DNA from: a virus
Lineage: Duplodnaviria; Heunggongvirae; Uroviricota; Caudoviricetes
Length of the DNA: 64,000 bases
Reading direction: 5' to 3' (one strand)
Virus record (IMG/VR): IMGVR_UViG_3300014204_000115
Location: 115,637-179,636 of that record
Numbering within the stretch: position 1 is the stretch's first letter; the number at the start of each line of letters is the position of its first letter. A model generated the notes under the pieces. It was not told the DNA's origin. It searched no databases and saw only the letters and a list, made by a program, of their open reading frames with translations. A program made the position numbers and the translations under genes. This document shows, piece after piece, positions 10,401 to 18,130 of this stretch.

Positions 10401-10718
10401 ACATCTGAGCAATTAAATCATTATCTATTAGAATATATTAGAGATTTAAAAGGTGTTACTGTTTATGTTGATAAGTCAAGAGATGGTCAGGTTTATAATA
10501 AATTAAGCGAAGATGAAGTTTTTGATATTATTTCACAACAAACAATAGGAATTAGCAATTCAATGGATGGTGATGATATTGAGTGTAAATGTCAGAAGAA
10601 AGATGATGATGCAGAAGCAGACCAACCAGTAATTTGTGAAATTCCAACTAAATCAGTAAAAGAGGAGAAGAAAAATGTTGTACCTAAAAGAAAATCAAAA
10701 GTGTCCTCACGCAAATAA
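7470..10718 (+). CDS. nrdJ: class II (adenosylcobalamin-dependent) ribonucleotide reductase NrdJ, interrupted by an intein
   Basis: The N-terminus has the NrdJ-like signatures; ATG at 7470 follows GGAGAG (the ORF track begins upstream at a TTG). Extein reads STNP|CGEAIL...CDLGSL...RRIGLGIMGLAEY, giving the NPCGE active-site motif after intein removal. Confidence 0.85.
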   Translation: MGKKVILSKNAEEVAKSRYFNEGEDWETCTRRVADAIAHVEKDKEIYAQKFQEMIYNMDFIPAGRILRNASRAKGSLMNCYVIPIGDSIEEIGKFIADSLTLWSEGGGVGCLFSPLRPKNEKILGKGGKSSGMVSFIKAADAVSKTIESGGQRRAAALACCDVSHPEVLDFINAKLVDGDISHFNISVLVDEEFIKAVESDNDWTFKFKQKEYGKVKAREIWNLIVDNMIKKAEPGFLNKTNLYKNNSYYYDPVVSTNPCITGDTLVYVADGRGHVSIKTLSEEDKDIPVFSYNESKKQVEVKIMRRPRITGYNQKILKITLDDGSVFRCTENHKIFMKDGSLKRADGILPGDRLTHLISYNAPLEEIFPDSNSKSQDYRWILNKGYSISEHRLIASYKIGRNLKTGEIVHHCDRNGLNNSFENLEVMIKKDHDKLHGDLIRGDNNPMRRFPEKNYFKYHKFLGIENGNSMGFTKEEIMDKAIEFCKSLTRKSHVGEWKEYCRKNNFPYDSFYIFGDYGHIGGFLEEAARRANVVNFDSYHHGEYNKYLKLKEETDLNIFFDNGIFVKKICEGCKEEFIVPWSYREASYHTRTCFNISEHKKQKTREDRKTKYNENKENIFRVFKELETKFGRKPLLYELTEECRKQKVSLVLHGYKKPSEDYFGYYNDVVNWVENRQINYQVVSIEEDGFEDVYNGTVDDNHNFYSMVNNNQTESGKSKYNYILSKQCGEAILSNYESCDLGSLVLPNFITGNVNTNWKKLGETIKLAVRFLDNVIDVNKYSLKEIDIKTHNSRRIGLGIMGLAEYLFSKELRYGSKEAINEIEKLMRFIRDNIYQTLVELSVEKGSFPKFDSVQYGNASFVRKLPAQLRMDIKKYGVRCVSGMAMAPNGTISLLPEVTSGIEPLMFKAYKRKDRVGERIYIHPKYKEILLRGDSVPDWYVDMSDLTPKDHFETQAIIQRYTDGAVSKTINLPEGTTSEQLNHYLLEYIRDLKGVTVYVDKSRDGQVYNKLSEDEVFDIISQQTIGISNSMDGDDIECKCQKKDDDAEADQPVICEIPTKSVKEEKKNVVPKRKSKVSSRK
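8247..9653 (+). other. intein (about 469 aa) with HNH endonuclease domain inside nrdJ
   Basis: Starts CITGDTLVY (block A) immediately after NP and contains the HNH motif HHCDRNGLNNSFENLEVMIKKDHDKLH. It has a block-G-like VDDNHNFYSMVNNN. The C-extein starts CGE at 9654. The exact C-terminal splice junction is uncertain (the last intein residue may be Gln). Confidence 0.6.
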
Positions 10719-10910
10719 TTGTCCTTATAACAACACAAATAAATCTAATTTATTTTGCAAAGGTGCAGATGAAAATAGATTAACTCCTTTTACTTGTAAC
10801 TTAGTAAATAATGGAGTTTTTGCAGAAGGAAAAATCAGAAGCGGATTCGATGAAACTGGCAAGATGGGAATTATATTGGAATAGATAAAAAATAGGAGAT
10901 TTATTTAATT

Positions 10911-11378
10911 ATGAATGAATATGATATTTATGAAAATTTAATTAAAGAGTTTGTTGATCAAAGAGAAGCCATTAAATTAATGATAGCTGATCTAGAAAAA
11001 ATTAAAGAAAAAGTTAACCAATTATTTCCTGAACAATTAGATAAAAGATATATTAGATTTTTTGAAGAAAAGGTTAAATCTGTAACTGAGTTGTTTAGAG
11101 TTATATTAGATATGAGAAAAGAAATAATTAAAAATACAAAAGATGAATTTGAAGTAAGAAGAAGATTAAATTCAGCTGAGGATGATACTGATCTAGAAGG
11201 TATTTTTGATATTAAAAAAATAGCTGAAAAAGTTGATAAACTAAGAAAAGAAAAAATTGCATCAGAACAAAAAAGTATAATATTAAGAGCTTCATATAAA
11301 GACATACAAGATGGTACAAAAATGATTGAAGCAGGAGAAGAAATTTCAACTAGTAAAATCAAGATAGAAGGAGAATAA
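10911..11378 (+). CDS. hypothetical coiled-coil protein (155 aa)
   Basis: K/E-rich heptad-like sequence; RBS AATAGGAG upstream. Confidence 0.5.
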   Translation: MNEYDIYENLIKEFVDQREAIKLMIADLEKIKEKVNQLFPEQLDKRYIRFFEEKVKSVTELFRVILDMRKEIIKNTKDEFEVRRRLNSAEDDTDLEGIFDIKKIAEKVDKLRKEKIASEQKSIILRASYKDIQDGTKMIEAGEEISTSKIKIEGE

Positions 11379-11379
11379 G

Positions 11380-12717
11380 ATGACAGATGTTATAATTGAT
11401 AAAAGTGAAGAAATTGTAGAAGACGAGATTTATCAAGAAGAGAATATTTTTTCTGAAGTCAAACCTGAAGATTTAGAACAGAGTTTAAATAATATCAAAA
11501 TTGAATTAACAGAAGAAGATAAAAAGAAATATAATGCAGAAGTACCAGAACCTCCAACAGAAGTAAAAAAGAGAGGCAGAAAACCAAATACGCTTAAAAA
11601 AGATATTCCTACTCCAACAGAAGTAAATTATGAAATGACAGATGAAGAAATTGAATCTGGAATGGATCAGAAGACTAAAGATTTATATATGGAGTTTAAT
11701 AGTTTTCTTGAAGATAAAACAGAAATTACTTCTGATACCGGTATTAAAGATACTATTCCAACAGGAATAGATCTTTTAGATACAATCATGGGAGGGGGAT
11801 TTGCAATAGGCACTATGGGTGTTGCAACTGGAAATCCTGGTTGTGGAAAAAGTATGTTAGCAATTCAGACTATGGGTGCTGCACAGAGAAAATATAATGG
11901 TAATATTATTGCTGCTATGTTAGATTCAGAAGAAGCAACTACTACTATTAGAATGTCAAATCTTGGAGTAAAAAACCCTAAGATTAAACCTTATAATGAT
12001 ATTACAGTTGAAAAGGTTTTTAAATTTTTAGAAGGCATGTGTCTATACAAAGATATGAAAAAAATTATGGATACCCCATCAATAGTAGTTTGGGATTCTG
12101 TTGCAAATACATTAAGTCAGAGAGAAAGAGAAGCAGAAGATATTAATTCAGTAATTGGATATAAGGGAAGATTATTATCTTTATTAATTCCAAAATATGT
12201 ATCTAAATTAGCTATATACAATATTTGCTTAATTGCAATTAATCAGTTAAGAGATGTAATTTCTATTGGCAACTTCGCCCCAGCAAAAGAGTTAAAATTT
12301 ATGAGTCAGGGAAAAACTATGCCCGGTGGTAATAGTTTTAAATTTAATGCATTTCATCTATTAGAAATGAAAGCTAGGGAAACTGCTACTAGAGATAAGT
12401 TTGGGTTTGATGGATATTTTGCAGAAGTTGTTTGTGTAAAAAATAAATTATTTGCTCCTAATATTAAAATTAGTATAGCTGGAAATTTCGTTACTGGGTT
12501 TAATAACTTCTATACAAATTATAGATTCTTGACTGAAAATAAAAGAATGATAACTGGGGCTTGGAATTGGCTTGAAAATCTACCAACAGTTAAAACCCGC
12601 ACAAAAGACGCAGAAGAATTATATAAGACAAATACTTTATTTAAAGAAGCATTTGATAAATCTGTATCAGAAACATTACAAACAGAGATAATTGAAAAGT
12701 ACAATCCTTCTTTATAA
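11380..12717 (+). CDS. RecA-fold ATPase, UvsX/RecA-like recombinase candidate
   Basis: GIDLLDTIMGGGFAIGTMGVATGNPGCGKSMLAIQ parallels RecA G..LD.ALG.GG.P.GRIVEI.GPESSGKTTLAL. Acidic N-terminal extension. A DnaB-type helicase core cannot be fully excluded. Confidence 0.5.
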   Translation: MTDVIIDKSEEIVEDEIYQEENIFSEVKPEDLEQSLNNIKIELTEEDKKKYNAEVPEPPTEVKKRGRKPNTLKKDIPTPTEVNYEMTDEEIESGMDQKTKDLYMEFNSFLEDKTEITSDTGIKDTIPTGIDLLDTIMGGGFAIGTMGVATGNPGCGKSMLAIQTMGAAQRKYNGNIIAAMLDSEEATTTIRMSNLGVKNPKIKPYNDITVEKVFKFLEGMCLYKDMKKIMDTPSIVVWDSVANTLSQREREAEDINSVIGYKGRLLSLLIPKYVSKLAIYNICLIAINQLRDVISIGNFAPAKELKFMSQGKTMPGGNSFKFNAFHLLEMKARETATRDKFGFDGYFAEVVCVKNKLFAPNIKISIAGNFVTGFNNFYTNYRFLTENKRMITGAWNWLENLPTVKTRTKDAEELYKTNTLFKEAFDKSVSETLQTEIIEKYNPSL

Positions 12718-12724
12718 TTTAAAA

Positions 12725-13849
12725 ATGAAAATTAAATTATGTGATTATGGTTGTGGAAAAGAAGCAAGATTTCTTTTAAAGTTTAAAAATTCAGAAAAAT
12801 GGTGCTGTTCAGAAAAATATTCAGCATGTAAATCAAATATTAAAACATGGAATAAAGGTTTGACAAAAGAAACAGATGAACGAGTTAAAAAATATTCAAT
12901 TAATAAAATTGGATTATCTTCATGGAACAAGGGTTTGACAAAAGAAACAGATGAACGAGTTAAAAAAATTAGTTTATCAAATATTGGAAAGAAAATTTCA
13001 TCTAATCATAGATTAAAAATTAGTAAATCTTTAAAGGGAAAAAGTAAAACAGAAGATCATATAAAAAAATTATCTGAATCATTAAAAGGAAAAATTGGAT
13101 GGAATAATGGTTTAACAAAAGAAACTAGTAATTCTTTAATGATAGTTAGTAAAAAACTAAAAGGAAGAATAATAAAACAAGAAACTAAAGAAAAATTAAG
13201 AAAAATAAATCTTGGTAAAAAGTTATCAGAAGAAACTATAATAAAAATTTCTAAAAAAAATAAAGGTAGAAAAAGAACACCTGAACAAATTAAAAATCAT
13301 AGAAATTCTATTAAAGGCAACAAAAATCATAAAATGAATCATTATATAGAAACTTATCCAGATTTTATAAAATTAGAATTATTAGAGGAAGATTCTGAAA
13401 CAAAAGATTTAATAGTAATATGTAGTATTTGTAATTTAAAATTTACTCAAAATAATAGAGAAAAAATTTCTTATAGAGCACAAATGATTATATTAAAAAA
13501 AATGAATCAAGGAATGTTTTATTGCTCAAAAGAATGCAAAGAAAAATTTATTAATAAAAATAAAAATGATTATGAAATATATTCTAGAAAAGTTTGGAAG
13601 AATACTTATCAATCAGTAAAAGAACAAGGTTCTAATATCAAAAATATTGAATTAAGAGGCAGAAAATATAAATATCAGTTAGATCATAAGTATTCTATAA
13701 TAGAGGGTTTTAAAAATAATATAGATCCAAAAATTATTGGTCATTGGAAAAATTTAGAAATAATTTCAGATATTAAAAATACAAGAAAATTAGGAAAATG
13801 TTCTATAACAATACAAGAATTAATACAAGAAATAAATAATATTATATAA
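12725..13849 (+). CDS. freestanding HNH homing endonuclease with tandem NUMOD3 DNA-binding repeats
   Basis: N-terminal CDYGCGKEARF..CCSEKYSAC zinc knuckle. There are at least 6 repeats of W/L-N-K-G-L-T-K-E-T / K-K-L-S-E-E-T-I-I-K-I-S-K-K-N-K-G (NUMOD3 consensus). C-terminal QLDHKYSIIEGF...HWKNLEII is an HNH core. The ATG at 12725 is preferred over the TTG at 12692 in the ORF track. Confidence 0.6.
   Translation: MKIKLCDYGCGKEARFLLKFKNSEKWCCSEKYSACKSNIKTWNKGLTKETDERVKKYSINKIGLSSWNKGLTKETDERVKKISLSNIGKKISSNHRLKISKSLKGKSKTEDHIKKLSESLKGKIGWNNGLTKETSNSLMIVSKKLKGRIIKQETKEKLRKINLGKKLSEETIIKISKKNKGRKRTPEQIKNHRNSIKGNKNHKMNHYIETYPDFIKLELLEEDSETKDLIVICSICNLKFTQNNREKISYRAQMIILKKMNQGMFYCSKECKEKFINKNKNDYEIYSRKVWKNTYQSVKEQGSNIKNIELRGRKYKYQLDHKYSIIEGFKNNIDPKIIGHWKNLEIISDIKNTRKLGKCSITIQELIQEINNII
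12846..12968 (+). repeat. near-perfect direct repeat (about 47 nt unit, period 75 nt) inside the HNH/NUMOD3 gene
   Basis: catggaa(t/c)aa(a/g)ggtttgacaaaagaaacagatgaacgagttaaaaaa occurs at 12846-12892 and 12921-12967. It encodes the duplicated WNKGLTKETDERVKK unit. Confidence 0.8.
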
Positions 13850-13939
13850 GAAACAAACTCAAAGTTCTGATTTCTTAAAGAGCTAGAACAAATATTAAAT
13901 ATGGATTGAAACATCGAATTTTGATAAGGAGATAAACTA

Positions 13940-14254
13940 ATGGTAGCTTCAGTGACAGAATTAGTAAAATCATTAATTGAAGGAATGGTAAAAGCGATTG
14001 TTGATAAACCAGGCGAAGTTAAAGTTCAGGTTTCATCTACAACTAAATCAATATTAGTTCAAATTGAATCTGCAAAAAGTGATATTGGAAAAATAATTGG
14101 GAGACATGGTAGAATAATTGATAGTATAAAAATTATTTCTACTGCTGTTAAAAATACTCAATTTCTTGGAGATAAGAAAGATATTTTTATTGAAATTATT
14201 GAAGATGAGGATACAGATTTTTATAAAAAGAAAGATATCAAAAACCAAAAATAA
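13940..14254 (+). CDS. KH-domain RNA-binding protein (KhpA-like)
   Basis: GxxG loop IGKIIGRHGRIIDSIK in a 104-aa protein, matching the small KhpA/YlqC-type KH fold. RBS AAGGAGATAAA. Confidence 0.55.
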   Translation: MVASVTELVKSLIEGMVKAIVDKPGEVKVQVSSTTKSILVQIESAKSDIGKIIGRHGRIIDSIKIISTAVKNTQFLGDKKDIFIEIIEDEDTDFYKKKDIKNQK

Positions 14255-14271
14255 TTGGAGGAATTATAAAA

Positions 14272-14859
14272 ATGAAACTAAAAAAAGAATCAAAACTTAG
14301 AGTTTTGGAGAATTTTTACTCTCTAGATTATGTACTATTTGGAAAACCTGTTAGTAAAGTTAATACATGCTGCCCAGTTTTTATTGAGGAATATATCTCA
14401 GTTAAAGGTGCTTTAATGTCATTAGTTGTTGAGATGTATAAACTAGTAAAACATTCACCAACTCCAATAACTGAAAAAATTGAAACCTCAAAACTTTTAA
14501 AGATGGCCAGAGAGAGTGCTATAATTGCAAGAGAAAATTGCAAAAAATTAGTAACTTCTGAAAAGGGAAGAGAGAATGTTAAAAAGGAATTAAGTGAATC
14601 CTTAACAAAGACAAAGAAAAAAGTAAACATTGAAAAATTGGTTCAGGAAAAAATCAGAACTAAAGCTTATTCATTAGCAGTTGATAATCTTTTAGTTGGT
14701 AGAGCAATTACTGAATCCAAGAAATTTGAAAAATTAAATACTTGGAATGGTAGAATTATTGAAGATGCATATAAAATTCTTAGAGATAATCTTGTAGAAT
14801 CTGCAATGAATATTATTGAGAATGGTATTGAGTTTGAAGAGGGATCAAAAAAAAAGTAG
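14272..14859 (+). CDS. hypothetical protein (195 aa)
   Basis: ORF with RBS GGAGGAATTATAAAAATG. Confidence 0.5.
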   Translation: MKLKKESKLRVLENFYSLDYVLFGKPVSKVNTCCPVFIEEYISVKGALMSLVVEMYKLVKHSPTPITEKIETSKLLKMARESAIIARENCKKLVTSEKGRENVKKELSESLTKTKKKVNIEKLVQEKIRTKAYSLAVDNLLVGRAITESKKFEKLNTWNGRIIEDAYKILRDNLVESAMNIIENGIEFEEGSKKK

Positions 14860-14882
14860 TTAAAGAGGAAGAGATTGGAGCA

Positions 14883-15092
14883 ATGAGAAAAATTAAAGTT
14901 GCTGGTGTTCTGGCCCCTTTCTTATCTAACCTACAAATTAAGTTTAGAGAATGTATGAATAAATGCATGAAACCTGGTTTTCATATAGATAATATAGTTG
15001 GTGGAGAAGCACCTTGTAGAAAAGCTTGTAAGAAAAAATATCTAGAAGCTAGAGCAAAGTATCTTCAAGGTAAAGCAAAAAAGATAAAATAA
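14883..15092 (+). CDS. small basic Cys-containing protein (69 aa)
   Basis: RBS GAGGAAGAGATTGGAG. Four Cys (CxxxC..C..xC) in a K-rich protein. Confidence 0.4.
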   Translation: MRKIKVAGVLAPFLSNLQIKFRECMNKCMKPGFHIDNIVGGEAPCRKACKKKYLEARAKYLQGKAKKIK

Positions 15093-15110
15093 GTTTAAAA
15101 AGGTGATTAA

Positions 15111-16082
15111 GTGAATGAGTATGAAATTCTTTTATCTTATTTAGATAAACAAGATAAACCAGGATTCAAAGCTAAAAAAAATGAAAATATAAATAAAGTT
15201 AAAACTTTTGAAGATATTCCAAAAGAAAATATTGAGATATCTAAAACAAAGAAAGTTATCGAGGAGTGTCAAGAGAAAAATATTATTGACACTCCTCAAT
15301 TTTCAAATATTTCTGTAGGTTTTGATGCTGAAAAATTTGAAAATATGATGCGATCAAGATTAATTGATGATTATAAAAAAATGCAGAGTTATGAAAGACC
15401 CTATATCTCAGTTACTGAATTATTTTATTGTTTAAGAAAATCATATTATACAAGATTAAAATATGTAACCGATTTAAAAAAACAATTTAATTTTGCTTAT
15501 TTAGATTTAATTAATAGAATAGGTAATACTATTCATGATTATGTACAAGATATTTATAATTTTACTGAAACTGAAAAAACTGTTGTAACTGAAAAGTATA
15601 AAGTTAAAGGTAGAGTTGATGCAATATCTGATAAATTTCTATATGAATTTAAGACAATGGATGAAAAGAAATTTAAAGGAATTTATGTAAAAGAGCATTA
15701 TTTTCAACCAATTATATATTCATATATTTTAAATTCAGAATATAATTATAATATTAAAACAATAACTTTAGTTTATTTTTTTAGAGATAACCTAAAGAGA
15801 AGACCATACTCAATTGATTTACCAATTGATGATAAAATTGCTATTGGATTTTTAGAACAAGCCACAATTTTATATAACGCTGTATCTTCAAAGCAAGTAG
15901 CTGAACCATTAAACGCAAATAAAGACCAATGTCATTGGTGTCCATATATTAGTTTTTGCGAAAAAGATCCATCAAAAATACAAAAACCTTTTGAAGAGAA
16001 GTATAGTAATAAAGAAAAAGAAATTAATATATTCGAAGATGAACCAAAAAAACCAAAAAAAGAATCTTTATTTTTATTATAA
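15111..16082 (+). CDS. Cas4/RecB-family PD-(D/E)XK exonuclease with Fe-S cysteine cluster
   Basis: GTG start. Nuclease motifs GRVDAI...LYEFKT (D...ExK) and C-terminal CHWCPYISFC plus N-terminal Cys, as in the Cas4/AddB 4Fe-4S nuclease family. Confidence 0.55.
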   Translation: MNEYEILLSYLDKQDKPGFKAKKNENINKVKTFEDIPKENIEISKTKKVIEECQEKNIIDTPQFSNISVGFDAEKFENMMRSRLIDDYKKMQSYERPYISVTELFYCLRKSYYTRLKYVTDLKKQFNFAYLDLINRIGNTIHDYVQDIYNFTETEKTVVTEKYKVKGRVDAISDKFLYEFKTMDEKKFKGIYVKEHYFQPIIYSYILNSEYNYNIKTITLVYFFRDNLKRRPYSIDLPIDDKIAIGFLEQATILYNAVSSKQVAEPLNANKDQCHWCPYISFCEKDPSKIQKPFEEKYSNKEKEINIFEDEPKKPKKESLFLL

Positions 16083-16110
16083 ATAGAAATAGTTATTGGA
16101 GGAATTAAAT

Positions 16111-17130
16111 ATGATCGTAATATTTCCTATGCTAACTGATCAAAGTGTGTCTCAAAATATTTTACCCGGAGTATGTAAATCTCTAGAAAAATTTATTTTA
16201 GTTTATGAACTAGATGCTATTATGAAAATTACAGGGTGGAAAGTTTTAGAAATAGGTGGAAAAATTGCAGGATCAATGATTGGTACTGCTGCATTTTTAT
16301 CTAAAACAAAAAATGAATCTGAATTATTAGAAGCAGAACCAATGTATCCTATACCACCTTTAAAGGGAGAAGTAATAAATAGAGATAGAGGGGACAGAAA
16401 AAAATCTGCAGTTGATAATATTTTTGGTACAATAAAAAGTATAAAAGATTTGAATACTACAGAAGTTAATATGCCCAATGATAGTAATTCATTATCATTA
16501 GAACCAACCTATTTAACTGTTACTACTAGTGCAGGAACTAGAATTATTGGAATAAAAGTTATACCATTTCCAGTAAAAACAAAAGAGGGTTATACATTAG
16601 CAGATCTACTTACAGCAGACGCATCTTTAAATTATTTAGATTCTCTATTATATAAAATTTCAAGAAAAGCTATAAGAGCATTCTGGGCACTTTGTAGAGC
16701 TGCAAGAGTAATTCCATTTTTATCAGATAGAGTTTTAAGTGGTGATCCTGAAAAAGATATTTTATGGGCTTCTAGTTTTCATAAAAGATATGTATATTGT
16801 TTATTAAATTATTCTGATATGGATACTGAATTTTTCAGAAATGCAGGAGGTATTCATAAACTACATGGTGTTGGTTGGAATTCGATTATCTTAGCAGATG
16901 ATGTAAATAAGAGGGCTGTTTTTTGTATGGAAGAATTTCATGGATTGTGTTCTAGTGTTCCATATCAATTTATCTATTCAAGTTTAGGAAAGGAGCATTC
17001 AAAGATTTATGATAATCTAGAAGATCTAAAAAGATCTGCTAGTCCATTCTTTAAAACATCGCTTTCTTCTAAAAAAATCTTTGGAGAGATGAAAAATACA
17101 TTAAAAAATTATCTAAATAGGATTACCTAA
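16111..17130 (+). CDS. hypothetical protein (about 339 aa), possibly structural
   Basis: ATG at 16111 after GGAGGAATTAAAT (the ORF track starts at a TTG at 16096). Confidence 0.5.
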   Translation: MIVIFPMLTDQSVSQNILPGVCKSLEKFILVYELDAIMKITGWKVLEIGGKIAGSMIGTAAFLSKTKNESELLEAEPMYPIPPLKGEVINRDRGDRKKSAVDNIFGTIKSIKDLNTTEVNMPNDSNSLSLEPTYLTVTTSAGTRIIGIKVIPFPVKTKEGYTLADLLTADASLNYLDSLLYKISRKAIRAFWALCRAARVIPFLSDRVLSGDPEKDILWASSFHKRYVYCLLNYSDMDTEFFRNAGGIHKLHGVGWNSIILADDVNKRAVFCMEEFHGLCSSVPYQFIYSSLGKEHSKIYDNLEDLKRSASPFFKTSLSSKKIFGEMKNTLKNYLNRIT

Positions 17131-17131
17131 A

Positions 17132-17734
17132 ATGACTGAAGAAATTAAAAGTAATGTAGAAAGATTAGAATTATATAGTGATAATTATCCATTTAATTTA
17201 TCACTAAGAATTCAAACATTTGAAGATGAAGCAGGATACACCAAATTTGTAAAAAATTGTGAAAAATTAATTAGAGGATGTACTGAATATAAATTATGGA
17301 GAAATTATATTATAGATGTTTTACAAATTCAAACCTGTGCAATAACAGAAGAGAGAATGGATCAGTGTAGTACAGAAATTCATCATCATCCAGTTAGTTT
17401 ATTTGTAGTAGTTAAATCTTTAGTAAATGAAAAATTGGAAAAAGAAGAACCATTCTGTAGTTTTGATATTTGTACTAAAGCAATTGAATTGCATTTTAGA
17501 AATCAAATAGGTTTTGTAAATTTAGTTTCTTCAATCCATGAAAAATTTCATAATGGTTTTTTAAATATTCCAAAAACTTTAATAAAAGGTAATTATAATA
17601 CTTATTTAGAAGAATATTCTAAATATTTAGATGAGGATGAACTAGAAACTATTAATTCAAGACTTTCTATAACAGAACATAATTGTAATTGGTCAGCTAA
17701 TGATTACCCAGCTCTTAAACAAGGTATTATGTAA
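17132..17734 (+). CDS. hypothetical protein (200 aa)
   Basis: ORF in tiling, abutting the upstream stop. Confidence 0.5.
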   Translation: MTEEIKSNVERLELYSDNYPFNLSLRIQTFEDEAGYTKFVKNCEKLIRGCTEYKLWRNYIIDVLQIQTCAITEERMDQCSTEIHHHPVSLFVVVKSLVNEKLEKEEPFCSFDICTKAIELHFRNQIGFVNLVSSIHEKFHNGFLNIPKTLIKGNYNTYLEEYSKYLDEDELETINSRLSITEHNCNWSANDYPALKQGIM

Positions 17735-18130
17735 ATGTCTATAACAATAGATAATGAAGCAAGACAAAGAATTAAACTTCCTATTGATATTGATTTTATG
17801 GGAGAGAGATATCAAACTTCTAATGGGTTATATACATTTACATCTCCAGCTTTATGGACTATTGAAAAAAATTTATTTTATCTTTTAAAACATTCTGTTG
17901 AAGTAGATTTGGAACCAAAATATGTAAGAAAACCATGGTTATTAGCATTTGATCAATATGGTGTAGTTTCTCTTGAATATTTATTAATGTATGTTAATGG
18001 AGTTTTTTCTCCAGAAGATTTTAATATTTCAAGTGTTGTCCTTCCAGAAATGGAAGCAATAATTGAAATTTGTGGAGATAAATTTACTAAAAAAGAAAAA
18101 ATAGATTCATTGGAGAAAATAGGATGGTAG
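17735..18130 (+). CDS. hypothetical protein (131 aa)
   Basis: TAAATG junction. Confidence 0.5.
   Translation: MSITIDNEARQRIKLPIDIDFMGERYQTSNGLYTFTSPALWTIEKNLFYLLKHSVEVDLEPKYVRKPWLLAFDQYGVVSLEYLLMYVNGVFSPEDFNISSVVLPEMEAIIEICGDKFTKKEKIDSLEKIGW

Noticed and set aside
11380-12717. Calling the RecA-fold protein a DnaB/gp41-type replicative helicase
   Set aside because: The GGG..G..G.PG.GKS context and spacing fit RecA/UvsX better than DnaB (no H2-H4 helicase motifs recognised). The ambiguity is noted in the feature evidence.
12846-12968. Tandem direct repeats as a possible CRISPR array or iterons
   Set aside because: Only two copies. They lie inside a continuous ORF and encode a duplicated NUMOD3 peptide unit. 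There are no repeat-spacer-repeat organisation and no cas genes (the Cas4-like gene at 15111 is a standalone nuclease).
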